Of a stretch of DNA of 48,796 bases, positions 10,396 through 19,273 are shown one piece after another. The DNA comes from Thermoproteota archaeon. Its GTDB lineage: Archaea > Thermoproteota > Thermoprotei > Gearchaeales > Gearchaeaceae. Numbering within the stretch: the stretch's first letter is position 1; every line of letters starts with the position of its first letter. The DNA is taken from the NCBI GenBank assembly GCA_032249055.1, contig JAVVGP010000002.1:1-48796 (forward strand), read 5' to 3'. The notes under the pieces are model-generated. The model had not been told where the DNA came from and made no database searches. It saw only the letters and a program-made list of their open reading frames with translations. Position numbers and translations under genes: made by a program.

Positions 10396-11524
10396 TAATC
10401 TTAATAAATTGTTCAGCTATTTTTTCCCATGAAAATAGTTTGGCTCTTTTCAAGGCGTTTTCGGATTTTTCTTGGTATAGTTTTTCATCACTTAATAATT
10501 TAATAATCGCATTAGCGAATTTTTCATGATTTATTTGATCTATTAGAATTCCTGCATTTCCTATTACTTCAGGAATACTTGCCAGATTGAAAGCTACGAT
10601 TGGTTTACCCAAGGCCATTGCCTCTAAGAAAATTAATCCAAAGCCTTCAAGAACACTTGCTGAAGCGAAAATGTCGCAAGCAGCATAGTATTTAGGTAGC
10701 TCTTGATCGCTAACAAATCCTGTGAAAATAACATCCTTCTCTAGATTCAGTCTTTTTGTCAAATTAATTAAGTAATGTTTTAAAGGACCATCACCGACAA
10801 TTACAAGTTTTACATCATTGATCCGCGATTTTACCAATACAAAAGACTTTATAAGAAAATGAACCCCCTTATTTGGGTGCAGATTCCCAACAAACAATAT
10901 TTTTCTCTCATTGCCAAGTTTTTCATTAATATCTGAAGCATCAATGTCTCTGTTAAATTTTTCCAAATCTACACCTTCTGGAATAATCTTTATTTTTTTC
11001 TTCGATATTTTGAATAATTTTATGAACTGCTCAGCTGTGAATCTACTCGGTGCTACCCAATAGTCTGGCTTAGTTAATTTCCCATAAATATTTCCAAAAG
11101 GTACTGAGAGAGCATTTGTAAATTTCACAATAGGCTGTGCATGATGTAAAAGACCAATGCTTATAAAATTACCATTTATCAAGCTTAAAAACGGAAATGG
11201 CAAATTTATCAATAAGAAATCGGTATCCAGTAACTTTTTATTTAATGTAACATTTAAAGAAAAAGTTAAAAAATCCAGCTCAAATACTCCGCTTAGCTTT
11301 CCAAGTTTTCCTAAGATTGTTCTAAGATCCTTAAATCTGTAGATTTCTATACCGTTGAAGTTATGATAAGAGGTTCCGCCATTCCAATATGTAGTTATCA
11401 CTGTAACTTTATGACCTAATTTTTTAAAACCTTTGCATAAGCCTTCAACATGCCTTTCAATTCCTGTATAAACTCCCCGTTTAGGATATGGAAAAACAGG
11501 TGTTACAATTGTTATTCTTACCAT
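10382..11524 (-). CDS. GT4-family glycosyltransferase
   Basis: GIERHVEGLCKGFKKLGHKVTVIT; ILFVGNLHPNKGVHFLI; EGFGLIFLEAMALGKPIVAFN (EX7E). Confidence 0.85.
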   Translation of the reverse strand: MVRITIVTPVFPYPKRGVYTGIERHVEGLCKGFKKLGHKVTVITTYWNGGTSYHNFNGIEIYRFKDLRTILGKLGKLSGVFELDFLTFSLNVTLNKKLLDTDFLLINLPFPFLSLINGNFISIGLLHHAQPIVKFTNALSVPFGNIYGKLTKPDYWVAPSRFTAEQFIKLFKISKKKIKIIPEGVDLEKFNRDIDASDINEKLGNERKILFVGNLHPNKGVHFLIKSFVLVKSRINDVKLVIVGDGPLKHYLINLTKRLNLEKDVIFTGFVSDQELPKYYAACDIFASASVLEGFGLIFLEAMALGKPIVAFNLASIPEVIGNAGILIDQINHEKFANAIIKLLSDEKLYQEKSENALKRAKLFSWEKIAEQFIKINEQS

Positions 11525-12738
11525 TATTTTAGCAAGCTATTTATTAATCTTATCCACTGTTCCCCTATAACTTTCCAATCAAATTCTTTCTCAACCTTTT
11601 TTCGAGCATTTTCGCCAATTTTTTTGCGCAATTCTTTATTTTCGTACAATAACTTTATTTTATTAACGAAATCTTTTACATTTTTATCACAGAAAATAAT
11701 TTCTTCATAGTTTTTAAAAAGTCCATTCATTTCTGGCGTGTTTATTTTTATCAAAGGTTTACCGCAGGATAAGATTTCTAAATCTGACAATGAAAAATCA
11801 TAATATGTGCTTATAAACAAGCTTGCTTTATTAATAAATATCGGAAGCATATTCCTAGGCAATGTTTCTTGAAAGATTACATTTTTTAAATTCTTTAATT
11901 TAATTTCATAAGGTCCGGATCCTCTAATAATAAACTTAGCCTCTGGAAGCTCTTTTTCGCAAGTTTTTATGATATCATATAAAAGACTAGCTCCTTTCTC
12001 ATCTGTTAATCTTCCAAAAAAACCAATCAGAAAATTATTTTCAATGTGGTTATATGGCTTAAAAGTGTTCGTATCAACCCCTGCAGGAATTATTTCTATC
12101 TTTTCTTTTGGAATTCCATAACTGATCATTCCTCTTTTTATTAATATTGATTGTGCTCTAATCTTGGTAGCCAATTTACAAGCTAGTTTTGCAAAACTTA
12201 AATTAACCCCCCAACTAATCACGGATGGTTTTTTAGCAGAAAAGGGCGAATACCATGGATATGGATTGCCTTCAGAAAAGATTGTCTTTACTTTTAGTAA
12301 TCTTGCTACCAAAATTAGAATTACATTAGATTTATCACTTATTATTAATAATCTTAAATTTTTTTTATATTTAAGTAAATTTATGCTTACAATTAATGAG
12401 TAAAAAATTAGACTTCTAAAAAATCCAAATGCGATACTAAAAATACTCTTAAGCGGATAGTTTCTTACTGCAGGATAATAAATATATTCAATTAAAATAT
12501 CATTATATTGTACTCTATTAACATACCTATATAAAAATGGAGAGAAAATTATAATATGAAATTTATCCTTAATTGCTTCACTTATTTTAAGTAAAATTTC
12601 TTGAATTCCTCCTGGACGATTGGTAGGAATTTCAAGTGGACCAGGGTTTATTATTATTATTAAAGGCTTATAAAATGATTTAATCTTAAATGTTAATTTC
12701 ATAATTATCGCTTTATGTGATGGTAGAATTAATTGCAA
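11524..12738 (-). CDS. GT-B (GT4-like) glycosyltransferase
   Basis: GGIQEILLKISEAI ... IPAGVDTNTFKP ... IGFFGRLTDEKGASLL ... LEILSCGKPLI. The first ATG overlaps asnB by 26 nt. An alternative start at M13 (12702) would remove the overlap. Confidence 0.7.
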   Translation of the reverse strand: MQLILPSHKAIIMKLTFKIKSFYKPLIIIINPGPLEIPTNRPGGIQEILLKISEAIKDKFHIIIFSPFLYRYVNRVQYNDILIEYIYYPAVRNYPLKSIFSIAFGFFRSLIFYSLIVSINLLKYKKNLRLLIISDKSNVILILVARLLKVKTIFSEGNPYPWYSPFSAKKPSVISWGVNLSFAKLACKLATKIRAQSILIKRGMISYGIPKEKIEIIPAGVDTNTFKPYNHIENNFLIGFFGRLTDEKGASLLYDIIKTCEKELPEAKFIIRGSGPYEIKLKNLKNVIFQETLPRNMLPIFINKASLFISTYYDFSLSDLEILSCGKPLIKINTPEMNGLFKNYEEIIFCDKNVKDFVNKIKLLYENKELRKKIGENARKKVEKEFDWKVIGEQWIRLINSLLK

Positions 12739-14542
12739 ATGTTAATTTATACCAATTCAATATTAAAGCAATTGAAAATAATCTATTTGTATATTCATAA
12801 GATGGATAATATTCATAATATTTCTTTATTTCATTATAATTTAAATTTAATTCCTTCATTAAATAACTTAACTCATCTATTTTATTTATAAAATCTTTAT
12901 GATATTTCTTTAAAGATATGCTAAATCCAATTTTTTTTCTTAAAATTATATGTTTAGGTATTTTTAAATATTTAATTGCATATAATTTTAATAAATATTT
13001 ATCTATTCCATGATTTATTTTTACTTCATTTTTAAAGCTAAATATTTTTTGCATCAAAATATGATTTAAAAATGGTGCTCTTAGCTCCAATGAATTTTTC
13101 ATGCTAATTCTATCATCCTTATGCAAGAAATCATTCGGCAACACTTTCTTAATGGTAACATATGCGGCGCTTTTATATTCATCACCTTTTCTTAACATCT
13201 TTTCATATTCAATGAAAGGATCTTCGAAACTGTTTATAACTATATTTTTTAACTCTTCTTTACTGAAATGAGAAAGCCTTAGCAATCTTTTACCTGCGTT
13301 ATCCAATGAATAATATCTATATTTTTCATATCGCTTTAAGTCTTGAAATGTTCCTGCTAAATTTTTATTTAAATGGCTTCCTAAAGAAATTATAATTTTC
13401 CTAATGAACTTAGGCAAGCTAAACCATTTGCTAAGAATATCATTTATATTTATCCAAGGATATCCCCAGAACATTTCATCTCCTCCTTCTCCTGTTAAAG
13501 CAACTGTTACTTCCTTTTTTATTTCTCTGCATATATAAAACGTTGGAACAATTGAAGGGTCAGCTACAGGCTCATCTATTGCTAAAGTAATTTGATCAAA
13601 ATCTTTCATGAAATCTGTTTCTACATATATTGTTTTATGATCGCTTTTTATCAAATTCGCAACTTCTTCAGCAAATTTAACTTCTTCATCGCTACCAGTA
13701 ACGTGCATTGTTTTAAGCTTTGAATATTCTGAAGCAACCTTAGCTATAACGCTTGAATCTACACCTCCGCTTAGCAAAACTCCTAAGGGAACGTCGCTTA
13801 TCAAAGTATTCTTTACTATACTTTTTAAGTTTGCATCAAGAATCTTTAAGGCAGCATCCAAATCCATTTCATTATTTTCCTCAAAGTTCAAATCCCAATA
13901 AGAATTGAAAGTAATCTTTTTATCTTTTAAAGAATATAAAATGTAACTTGCGGGCTTTAATCTATAGACCTTTTTAATAAAACTTTCTTCTAAATGATTG
14001 TAAAAGAAAGCTAAATAACTTGCTATTGCATTAGGATTAATTTCAGGCTTTTCGATGCAATTGATAATAGCTCTTAGCTCAGAAGCAAATATGAAATTAC
14101 CATCAACAAAGGTATAATACAAAGGCTTCTCTCCAAATCTATCTCTTGCTATGAAAACAGTTTTTTCCTTTGAATCATATATTGCAAAAGCGAACATTCC
14201 TGTTATTTTATCTAGCATTTTCTCCTTTTCTTCTTCCCATAAATGGACTAATACTTCTGTATCTGTATTTGTATAAAATTTATGTCTTGATTTCAACTCG
14301 TTTCTTAATTCAATGAAATTATAAATTTCACCATTGAAGACAACCCAAACTGTTTCATCTTCATTATGAATGGGCTGGTCTCCGGTTTTCAAATCAATTA
14401 TACTCAGTCTTCTTACTCCTAAGCCAACATGATCATCGATGTAATATCCTTCGCTATCAGGCCCTCGATGAATCAAGCTATTGCACATTAATTTCAAAAG
14501 ATATTTATTAGGTTCTCCTATTATTCCGCAGATTCCGCACAT
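12713..14542 (-). CDS. asnB: asparagine synthase (glutamine-hydrolysing) family amidotransferase
   Basis: N-terminal nucleophile MCGICGI, GPDSEGYY and VFNGEIYN (Ntn glutaminase domain). SGGVDSS PP-loop in the synthetase domain. 609 aa. Confidence 0.9.
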   Translation of the reverse strand: MCGICGIIGEPNKYLLKLMCNSLIHRGPDSEGYYIDDHVGLGVRRLSIIDLKTGDQPIHNEDETVWVVFNGEIYNFIELRNELKSRHKFYTNTDTEVLVHLWEEEKEKMLDKITGMFAFAIYDSKEKTVFIARDRFGEKPLYYTFVDGNFIFASELRAIINCIEKPEINPNAIASYLAFFYNHLEESFIKKVYRLKPASYILYSLKDKKITFNSYWDLNFEENNEMDLDAALKILDANLKSIVKNTLISDVPLGVLLSGGVDSSVIAKVASEYSKLKTMHVTGSDEEVKFAEEVANLIKSDHKTIYVETDFMKDFDQITLAIDEPVADPSIVPTFYICREIKKEVTVALTGEGGDEMFWGYPWININDILSKWFSLPKFIRKIIISLGSHLNKNLAGTFQDLKRYEKYRYYSLDNAGKRLLRLSHFSKEELKNIVINSFEDPFIEYEKMLRKGDEYKSAAYVTIKKVLPNDFLHKDDRISMKNSLELRAPFLNHILMQKIFSFKNEVKINHGIDKYLLKLYAIKYLKIPKHIILRKKIGFSISLKKYHKDFINKIDELSYLMKELNLNYNEIKKYYEYYPSYEYTNRLFSIALILNWYKLTFAINSTIT

Positions 14543-14580
14543 TGTGTTATTTCTCTATTCATTTTGATCAATTTTAGTTA

Positions 14581-14658
14581 TATCTATTTAAAACAATAAG
14601 GCATAGATTGCCTGTATTTTATCTGAGGATGAGGACGGATTGGTGTTGTGCTCCTCAG
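14581..14658 (-). terminator. candidate terminator region: two hairpins followed by a T-run, downstream of the ATPase gene
   Basis: CTGAGGA(14623-14629)/TCCTCAG(14652-14658) forms a 7-bp stem. AGGCA(14599-14603)/TGCCT(14609-14613) forms a 5-bp stem, followed on the minus strand by TATTGTTTT. The region starts 12 nt after the stop at 14670. Confidence 0.25.
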
Positions 14659-14669
14659 CACTGTAGGTT

Positions 14670-15701
14670 TCATACTTTCATAAGTACACTCTTTATGGCT
14701 TCTCTGTGAAGGGGTGTTTGCCATGCGGCATATTTGCCTATGCCTAGCTCTAGGTCCTTTTCGGGAGGTGGTATGTCTATCCATAGGGACTGGATTCTGC
14801 TATACACGTCGCTTACCGCAAGGTTTATTTCAGCCAGCTTGTGCAATAGAGGCAATCTCTCCCTTGTGTAGAGAGTGTCAGGATCATCTAGCGCCTCTCT
14901 AAGCCAAGCCCGCCTTTCTTCTTTCATTGAGGTTACGAATCTTCTCAAAGCTTTAGCTTCAATTATTTCTGTTATTATATCATCCACGTTCCATTGCTTT
15001 CTATACAGATCCTGTAGCATGTAAGGATTTCCTCCTGTTAGCTTCCATGCTTCTTCAAGTGATGGCTTCGGACCTGGTATTTTCTGGTAGAGTTGCTCGA
15101 ATCCCTCTTTGTTCATGTTCCACATGGGTAATATATAAGCCCACCTGTGCCTGCCGATTTCGTAGCGAGTTAAGCCCTCGCTGGTTGCTACTAACACAAC
15201 CATTTTTTCGTAGTTATAGAATGGATGCTCTATCATGTTCAGCAGACCTTTGACATAAATTGCAGCTCTATTGAGTCCTATTGCTTGAAACACATCATCA
15301 GCTATTACGGCCACTTTCCTTTTTCTTCTCTTTAATACTTCGCGTACGAAATAGAATACTGCCCATGCTACTCTGCCCAAAGCATCCTCTGCCAGTGCTC
15401 TTTGGGCAAAGTCTAGAAACGCTCTTTTCACGTCTACTTCCTCTATCTCTGCTTCGAAGATTTTGTCTAGCGGATGTAGGTAGAAGACATCGTAGCCCAT
15501 CTCTTTAAGCATTGTTGTTGCTTGTAGAAGAAAGGCGGTCTTTCCACAACCCTCGGGCCCAAAGATTACTACTGGATTTCCGGTACCTTTATCAGCCCAT
15601 TCAGATACTTGACCAAGCGCTCTATCTCTATCTGTAAATTCAATTTGAAGATCATCAAAGCGTAGCCTTATTCTTTTCACGTTGCTACTCAAGGGTTGCA
15701 T
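14670..15701 (-). CDS. archaeal AAA ATPase (Arch_ATPase/PF01637, COG1672-like) with C-terminal helical/wHTH-like region; high-GC copy
   Basis: Walker A GPEGCGKT and Walker B VAVIADDVFQ. 343 aa, clearly homologous along its whole length to ORF 16679..17710. Visibly much more GC-rich than the rest of the window. Confidence 0.8.
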   Translation of the reverse strand: MQPLSSNVKRIRLRFDDLQIEFTDRDRALGQVSEWADKGTGNPVVIFGPEGCGKTAFLLQATTMLKEMGYDVFYLHPLDKIFEAEIEEVDVKRAFLDFAQRALAEDALGRVAWAVFYFVREVLKRRKRKVAVIADDVFQAIGLNRAAIYVKGLLNMIEHPFYNYEKMVVLVATSEGLTRYEIGRHRWAYILPMWNMNKEGFEQLYQKIPGPKPSLEEAWKLTGGNPYMLQDLYRKQWNVDDIITEIIEAKALRRFVTSMKEERRAWLREALDDPDTLYTRERLPLLHKLAEINLAVSDVYSRIQSLWIDIPPPEKDLELGIGKYAAWQTPLHREAIKSVLMKV

Positions 15702-15722
15702 TCTAATTTGTGCTGTGCATTA

Positions 15723-15736
15723 CTACTATTTTAGAG
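15723..15736 (-). promoter_or_regulatory. candidate TATA box for the high-GC ATPase gene
   Basis: The minus strand reads CTCTAAAATAGTAG, centred about 29 nt upstream of the ATG at 15701. This spacing fits a leaderless or short-leader archaeal promoter. Confidence 0.3.
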
Positions 15737-15773
15737 GTATCATGAATATAATTATGAATGGTATTTCTATTTT

Positions 15774-16211
15774 TCATATCTTTGCACATATTTTCCATCC
15801 CTTCTTGTACTTACGTATCTTTAACCTTTCTTTGACTTCCTCATATATTTTCCGCTTTTCCTTCCATATTCCATCATCATAAATTATTTTTCCTTCCTCA
15901 AATGCTTCTATGAGCTCATATTCAGCTGTTTTTATAGCATCAAAAAGTTCTTCTACTGTATATATCCTTGGATCCACTATTCCAAGGGATGGTAGCTCGG
16001 TATATGATATATCTTTATCCACAACTATTATGGCATCTATATCGCTACTTAACTTCCAATCTCCTCTAGCTCTAGAACCTATAACTACCACAGCTCTTAC
16101 ATTCGTAAGCTTTGATAACTGTTCTATATAATTTGCTAAATACTTTATTGCTGGTTTTCCATTCCAGATTTTGCCTATATCTATTCCAAGTATTTTCTTA
16201 GCGTATCCCAT
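15774..16211 (-). CDS. minimal nucleotidyltransferase (MNT, pol-beta superfamily)
   Basis: VVVIGSRARGDWKLSSDIDAIIVV matches GSxxxGx(5-7)SDxD. It overlaps the upstream HEPN gene by 31 nt. Confidence 0.75.
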   Translation of the reverse strand: MGYAKKILGIDIGKIWNGKPAIKYLANYIEQLSKLTNVRAVVVIGSRARGDWKLSSDIDAIIVVDKDISYTELPSLGIVDPRIYTVEELFDAIKTAEYELIEAFEEGKIIYDDGIWKEKRKIYEEVKERLKIRKYKKGWKICAKI

Positions 16212-16597
16212 AATTCTCTCATAACTTCAACACATTCTTTTGCAGTATTTAAATCATATTTTATCATAGCCATTCTTAATGCATCAGGATATCTAGAAGC
16301 ATGGTAGTGTATGGTTAACTTAGATAATTTATTTAATAAAATTGGTTCTTCAATACCTACTTCATGTGCTAGTTCCATTAGATCATTTATTGGTATGAAC
16401 ATGCCTCGTTTAATCAAGATAGTCTTAAGTAACTTTTCACAGGATTGTTGAGCATGAAAGCATGCTTCTTTAAAAGAATTTCTACTAAGTGCAGAAATAG
16501 CTTCTTCGTAGTCACTCTTGGCATATTGGAACCATTCCTTCCAATCATCTGAAGCTAACCTTGGCATAAATTTAAGGTTGAAAGTAAAGGATGCCAT
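16181..16597 (-). CDS. HEPN domain protein (partner of the MNT)
   Basis: 138-aa all-helical protein with YEEAISALSRNSFKEACFHAQQSCEKLLK and HYHASRYPDA, typical of COG2250-type HEPN proteins. It sits immediately upstream of an MNT. Confidence 0.7.
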   Translation of the reverse strand: MASFTFNLKFMPRLASDDWKEWFQYAKSDYEEAISALSRNSFKEACFHAQQSCEKLLKTILIKRGMFIPINDLMELAHEVGIEEPILLNKLSKLTIHYHASRYPDALRMAMIKYDLNTAKECVEVMRELWDTLRKYLE

Positions 16598-16678
16598 TTT
16601 CTATTATAAATAATGACATCATAACTATATCTTTGTCCATGAAATTCATTTGATTTCTGTGAATAAGAATTAATTCTA

Positions 16679-17710
16679 TCACATCAAAACTTTCTTAATA
16701 CTTTCCTTATATAATGGTATTTGCCAAGCAACATGCTTTCCTATACCTAATTCCAGATCTCTTTCTAGTGGAGGCACATCTATCCATATTCGCTGATCTC
16801 TTTCTGGAACTGCATCGATAATTAAGTTTAGTTCGACTAACTTGTTAAGTAGAGGTATTCTATCTCTGGTTAATAATGAATCTGGGTCTATAATAGCTTC
16901 TGAAAGCCATTTCTTTTCATCATCACTAAGAGAAGATATGAAGGTGTCTAGCTTCTTAGATTCTATAAGGTTTCTAATAACTAACTCTATATCCCATTTA
17001 AACTCATAAAGTTGTGCAAGTATCCTTGGATTGCCACCAGTAATTTTCCAGATGTTCTCAAATGATGGTTTTTGGCCTGGTATTTTTTCATATAGTTCTT
17101 CAAAACTGCTCTTAGACATGTTCCACATAGGTTTCAATAGAGCCCATAAGTGTCTACCAATTTTACCCCTCGTTATTACCTCACTTGTAGCTATGATTGA
17201 AACAATTGCTTCATAGCTTGCTGGAGGATATTCAATTAAATTCAGCAAACTCTTTACATAGATCTCAGCCTTATCAAGTCCAATAGCTTGGAAAACCTCA
17301 TCAATAAGTATAGCTACACGCTTCTTTCTCCATCTGTTTATAAGATCCTTAAGAATGTCTAGAGCAAGGGTAGCTAATTTAACTTGAGCAACACCAATAA
17401 CCTCTGAGGTAGCTTCAGCAAGTTTATTAACCGCTTCACTTGTATCGGTATTAGCAATAAAGTCTTTATGTAATGGATCAATATAAATAGCTTCAAAACC
17501 GAGTTCTCGTAAGATAAAAGTAGCTTGTTTTAACCATGCGGTTTTGCCACAACCTTCAGGTCCGAAGACAACTATTGGAAATCTGGTGCCTTTCTCAGCA
17601 AGTTCTTCTACTTGTTTTAAAGCTCTTTCTCTATCAACGAACTCAATTTCTAATCCGGGTGCAAATGAGAGCTTAATCTTATTGGTATCCATAATATTCT
17701 TACTTAACAT
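16679..17710 (-). CDS. archaeal AAA ATPase (Arch_ATPase/PF01637-like); lower-GC paralogue
   Basis: Walker A GPEGCGKT and Walker B VAILIDEVFQ. 343 aa, the same length as ORF 14670..15701, and alignable end to end (e.g. IEFVDRERAL/IEFTDRDRAL, MWNM, ITGGNP/LTGGNP, DLELGIGK). Confidence 0.8.
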   Translation of the reverse strand: MLSKNIMDTNKIKLSFAPGLEIEFVDRERALKQVEELAEKGTRFPIVVFGPEGCGKTAWLKQATFILRELGFEAIYIDPLHKDFIANTDTSEAVNKLAEATSEVIGVAQVKLATLALDILKDLINRWRKKRVAILIDEVFQAIGLDKAEIYVKSLLNLIEYPPASYEAIVSIIATSEVITRGKIGRHLWALLKPMWNMSKSSFEELYEKIPGQKPSFENIWKITGGNPRILAQLYEFKWDIELVIRNLIESKKLDTFISSLSDDEKKWLSEAIIDPDSLLTRDRIPLLNKLVELNLIIDAVPERDQRIWIDVPPLERDLELGIGKHVAWQIPLYKESIKKVLM

Positions 17711-17759
17711 GAAGTTAATTATTACAAAAAGAAAGCATCTATCTTGCTGTAACCTTTAA

Positions 17760-18119
17760 TTAAGCTCTTGCTATGAAAGTTCTCGTAGGCTTAACTTCTC
17801 CTGTCACAGGATCCACAGCTAATCCTAAGGCTTCAAGTGCAAAGACCCCAAGTAATGGCTCATCAACATCGAAAACTCTAATTGGAATTAAATCACCTCT
17901 TCCCATAATTTCTAGATAAGCTGTCGTATACCATGCCTCAACCATCCTTCCATCAGCTAATGTGACCATAGTCTTAAATTCCAATCTCAAACCTAACGCT
18001 TCAGCTAGCCATTTAGGGATACATGAATATGTTGCACCAGTATCAATAAGCATCTTAACATCTCTAATCTTTTGCTTAAGCGGATCTCCCAACTTAACTG
18101 TAATGTAAACGTGACCCAT
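17760..18119 (-). CDS. retropepsin-like (clan AA) aspartic protease
   Basis: 119 aa with MLIDTGATYSCIP (the D-T/S-G-A catalytic motif), a size typical of homodimeric retropepsin-like domains. Only 14 nt downstream of the GT4 gene stop. Confidence 0.65.
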   Translation of the reverse strand: MGHVYITVKLGDPLKQKIRDVKMLIDTGATYSCIPKWLAEALGLRLEFKTMVTLADGRMVEAWYTTAYLEIMGRGDLIPIRVFDVDEPLLGVFALEALGLAVDPVTGEVKPTRTFIARA

Positions 18120-18133
18120 TATTTTGTCATTAC

Positions 18134-19273
18134 TTATTTATATTGCATTACTTCTTCATATAATTTGTAATATTCTTCTACCATTCTTTCATAGCTATAA
18201 TTTAAAGATTGCCTATGATTATGCTCACCCATTTCTATCATTAGTTTAGGATTTTCTACAATTTCAATTATTCTTTCACTCATTTCTTTGTAATTTTCAT
18301 GATTTACAATGAATCCTCCTTCTTTTCCTATGAGCTCCTCAGCTATACCTACAGGTGTGCTTATAATCGGTAATTTAAAGTAAGCTGCTTCTACCAAAGC
18401 ATGTGCGAAGTTATCATATCTCGAGCTCCATATAAATAAATTTGAATTGCAATAAACTTTCCATAATTCTTCGCCGCTTAGCCATCCTTTGAAGATTACT
18501 TTATCTTGCAAACCTAAATCTTTGCATAATTTAATTAACCTTTCTTTATATCCTTTTTCTTCCTTTCCGTATCTGCTAGGAATCACATCTCCCACTATTA
18601 TATAACGAAGCTTATTATTTCTTTTATAAGCTTCATAAAAAGCTCTGATTGCCATTTCTAAATTGTTTTTATAAGTCAATCTGCTTACAGTAAGTAAATT
18701 TATTGTTTCTTTATCTTCTTTTCTTATATTAATATTTGGAAATTCTATACCGTTTGGTATTATTTTTATTTTATTTTCTGGAATTCCAAAGCTAATTAAT
18801 TCTTTTGCTTCACTTTTTGATGTTGCAACGATTTTCTTGGCAACTCTTAAAGAAAACTTCATTGTTATTGCATCGTAGATTATATTTGGCAATCTTGATT
18901 TCAAATCTAAATTCAAGAATTCATAGCCTCTAACAGTTCCATGTGTTGTAATTATTAAAGGTACTTTTCTAAGGAAAGAAGATATAGCCCCAGCATCTGT
19001 CTGGAAATTCCTATATCCATGAACATGAATTATGCTGCAATCTTTTTTTAAAGAATCAAGTAGCATTTTCAAAGATAGCTTGTAATGGCCCGAGCCAAAA
19101 AATGGTTTATATTCGATTATCTTACTTCTCTTTAATTTTACAGTTCCTTTTTTAAAGGTTAAGATTATTGAACTAATACCTTTCTTTTCTAAACCTTTAG
19201 TTAAAAGATACGCCTGTTTTGAAGGACCTGTGAATTCACTTCCAAATTCGCCAATCAATCTTAAAATTATCAA
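18134..19273 (-). CDS. GT4-family glycosyltransferase
   Basis: GPSKQAYLLTKGLEKKGISSIILT; IPNGIEFPN; LLTVSRLTYKNNLEMAIRAF; C-terminal LVEAAYFKLPIISTPVG. Confidence 0.8.
   Translation of the reverse strand: MIILRLIGEFGSEFTGPSKQAYLLTKGLEKKGISSIILTFKKGTVKLKRSKIIEYKPFFGSGHYKLSLKMLLDSLKKDCSIIHVHGYRNFQTDAGAISSFLRKVPLIITTHGTVRGYEFLNLDLKSRLPNIIYDAITMKFSLRVAKKIVATSKSEAKELISFGIPENKIKIIPNGIEFPNINIRKEDKETINLLTVSRLTYKNNLEMAIRAFYEAYKRNNKLRYIIVGDVIPSRYGKEEKGYKERLIKLCKDLGLQDKVIFKGWLSGEELWKVYCNSNLFIWSSRYDNFAHALVEAAYFKLPIISTPVGIAEELIGKEGGFIVNHENYKEMSERIIEIVENPKLMIEMGEHNHRQSLNYSYERMVEEYYKLYEEVMQYK

Noticed and set aside
14598-14658. Short motifs shared with 31706-31785: aaggc(a)tagattgcct, and gctcctcag/ctgagga. 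They are possible att-like or junction repeats.
   Set aside because: The matches are only 9-16 nt, their order and spacing differ between the two sites, and one copy lies inside the coding end of ORF 31745..33154. This is most likely chance, though a genome-wide word count would settle it.
14620-14660. GC-richer intergenic hairpin considered as a C/D-box sRNA or tRNA fragment.
   Set aside because: There is a CTGA but no proper RUGAUGA C box on either strand, and no tRNA-like cloverleaf. It is better explained as a transcript-end hairpin.
14584-14784. 66-aa minus-strand ORF overlapping the 3' end of the high-GC ATPase gene.
   Set aside because: It overlaps a strongly supported CDS out of frame. 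It has an Arg/Pro/Thr-rich translation typical of off-frame reading of GC-richer DNA.
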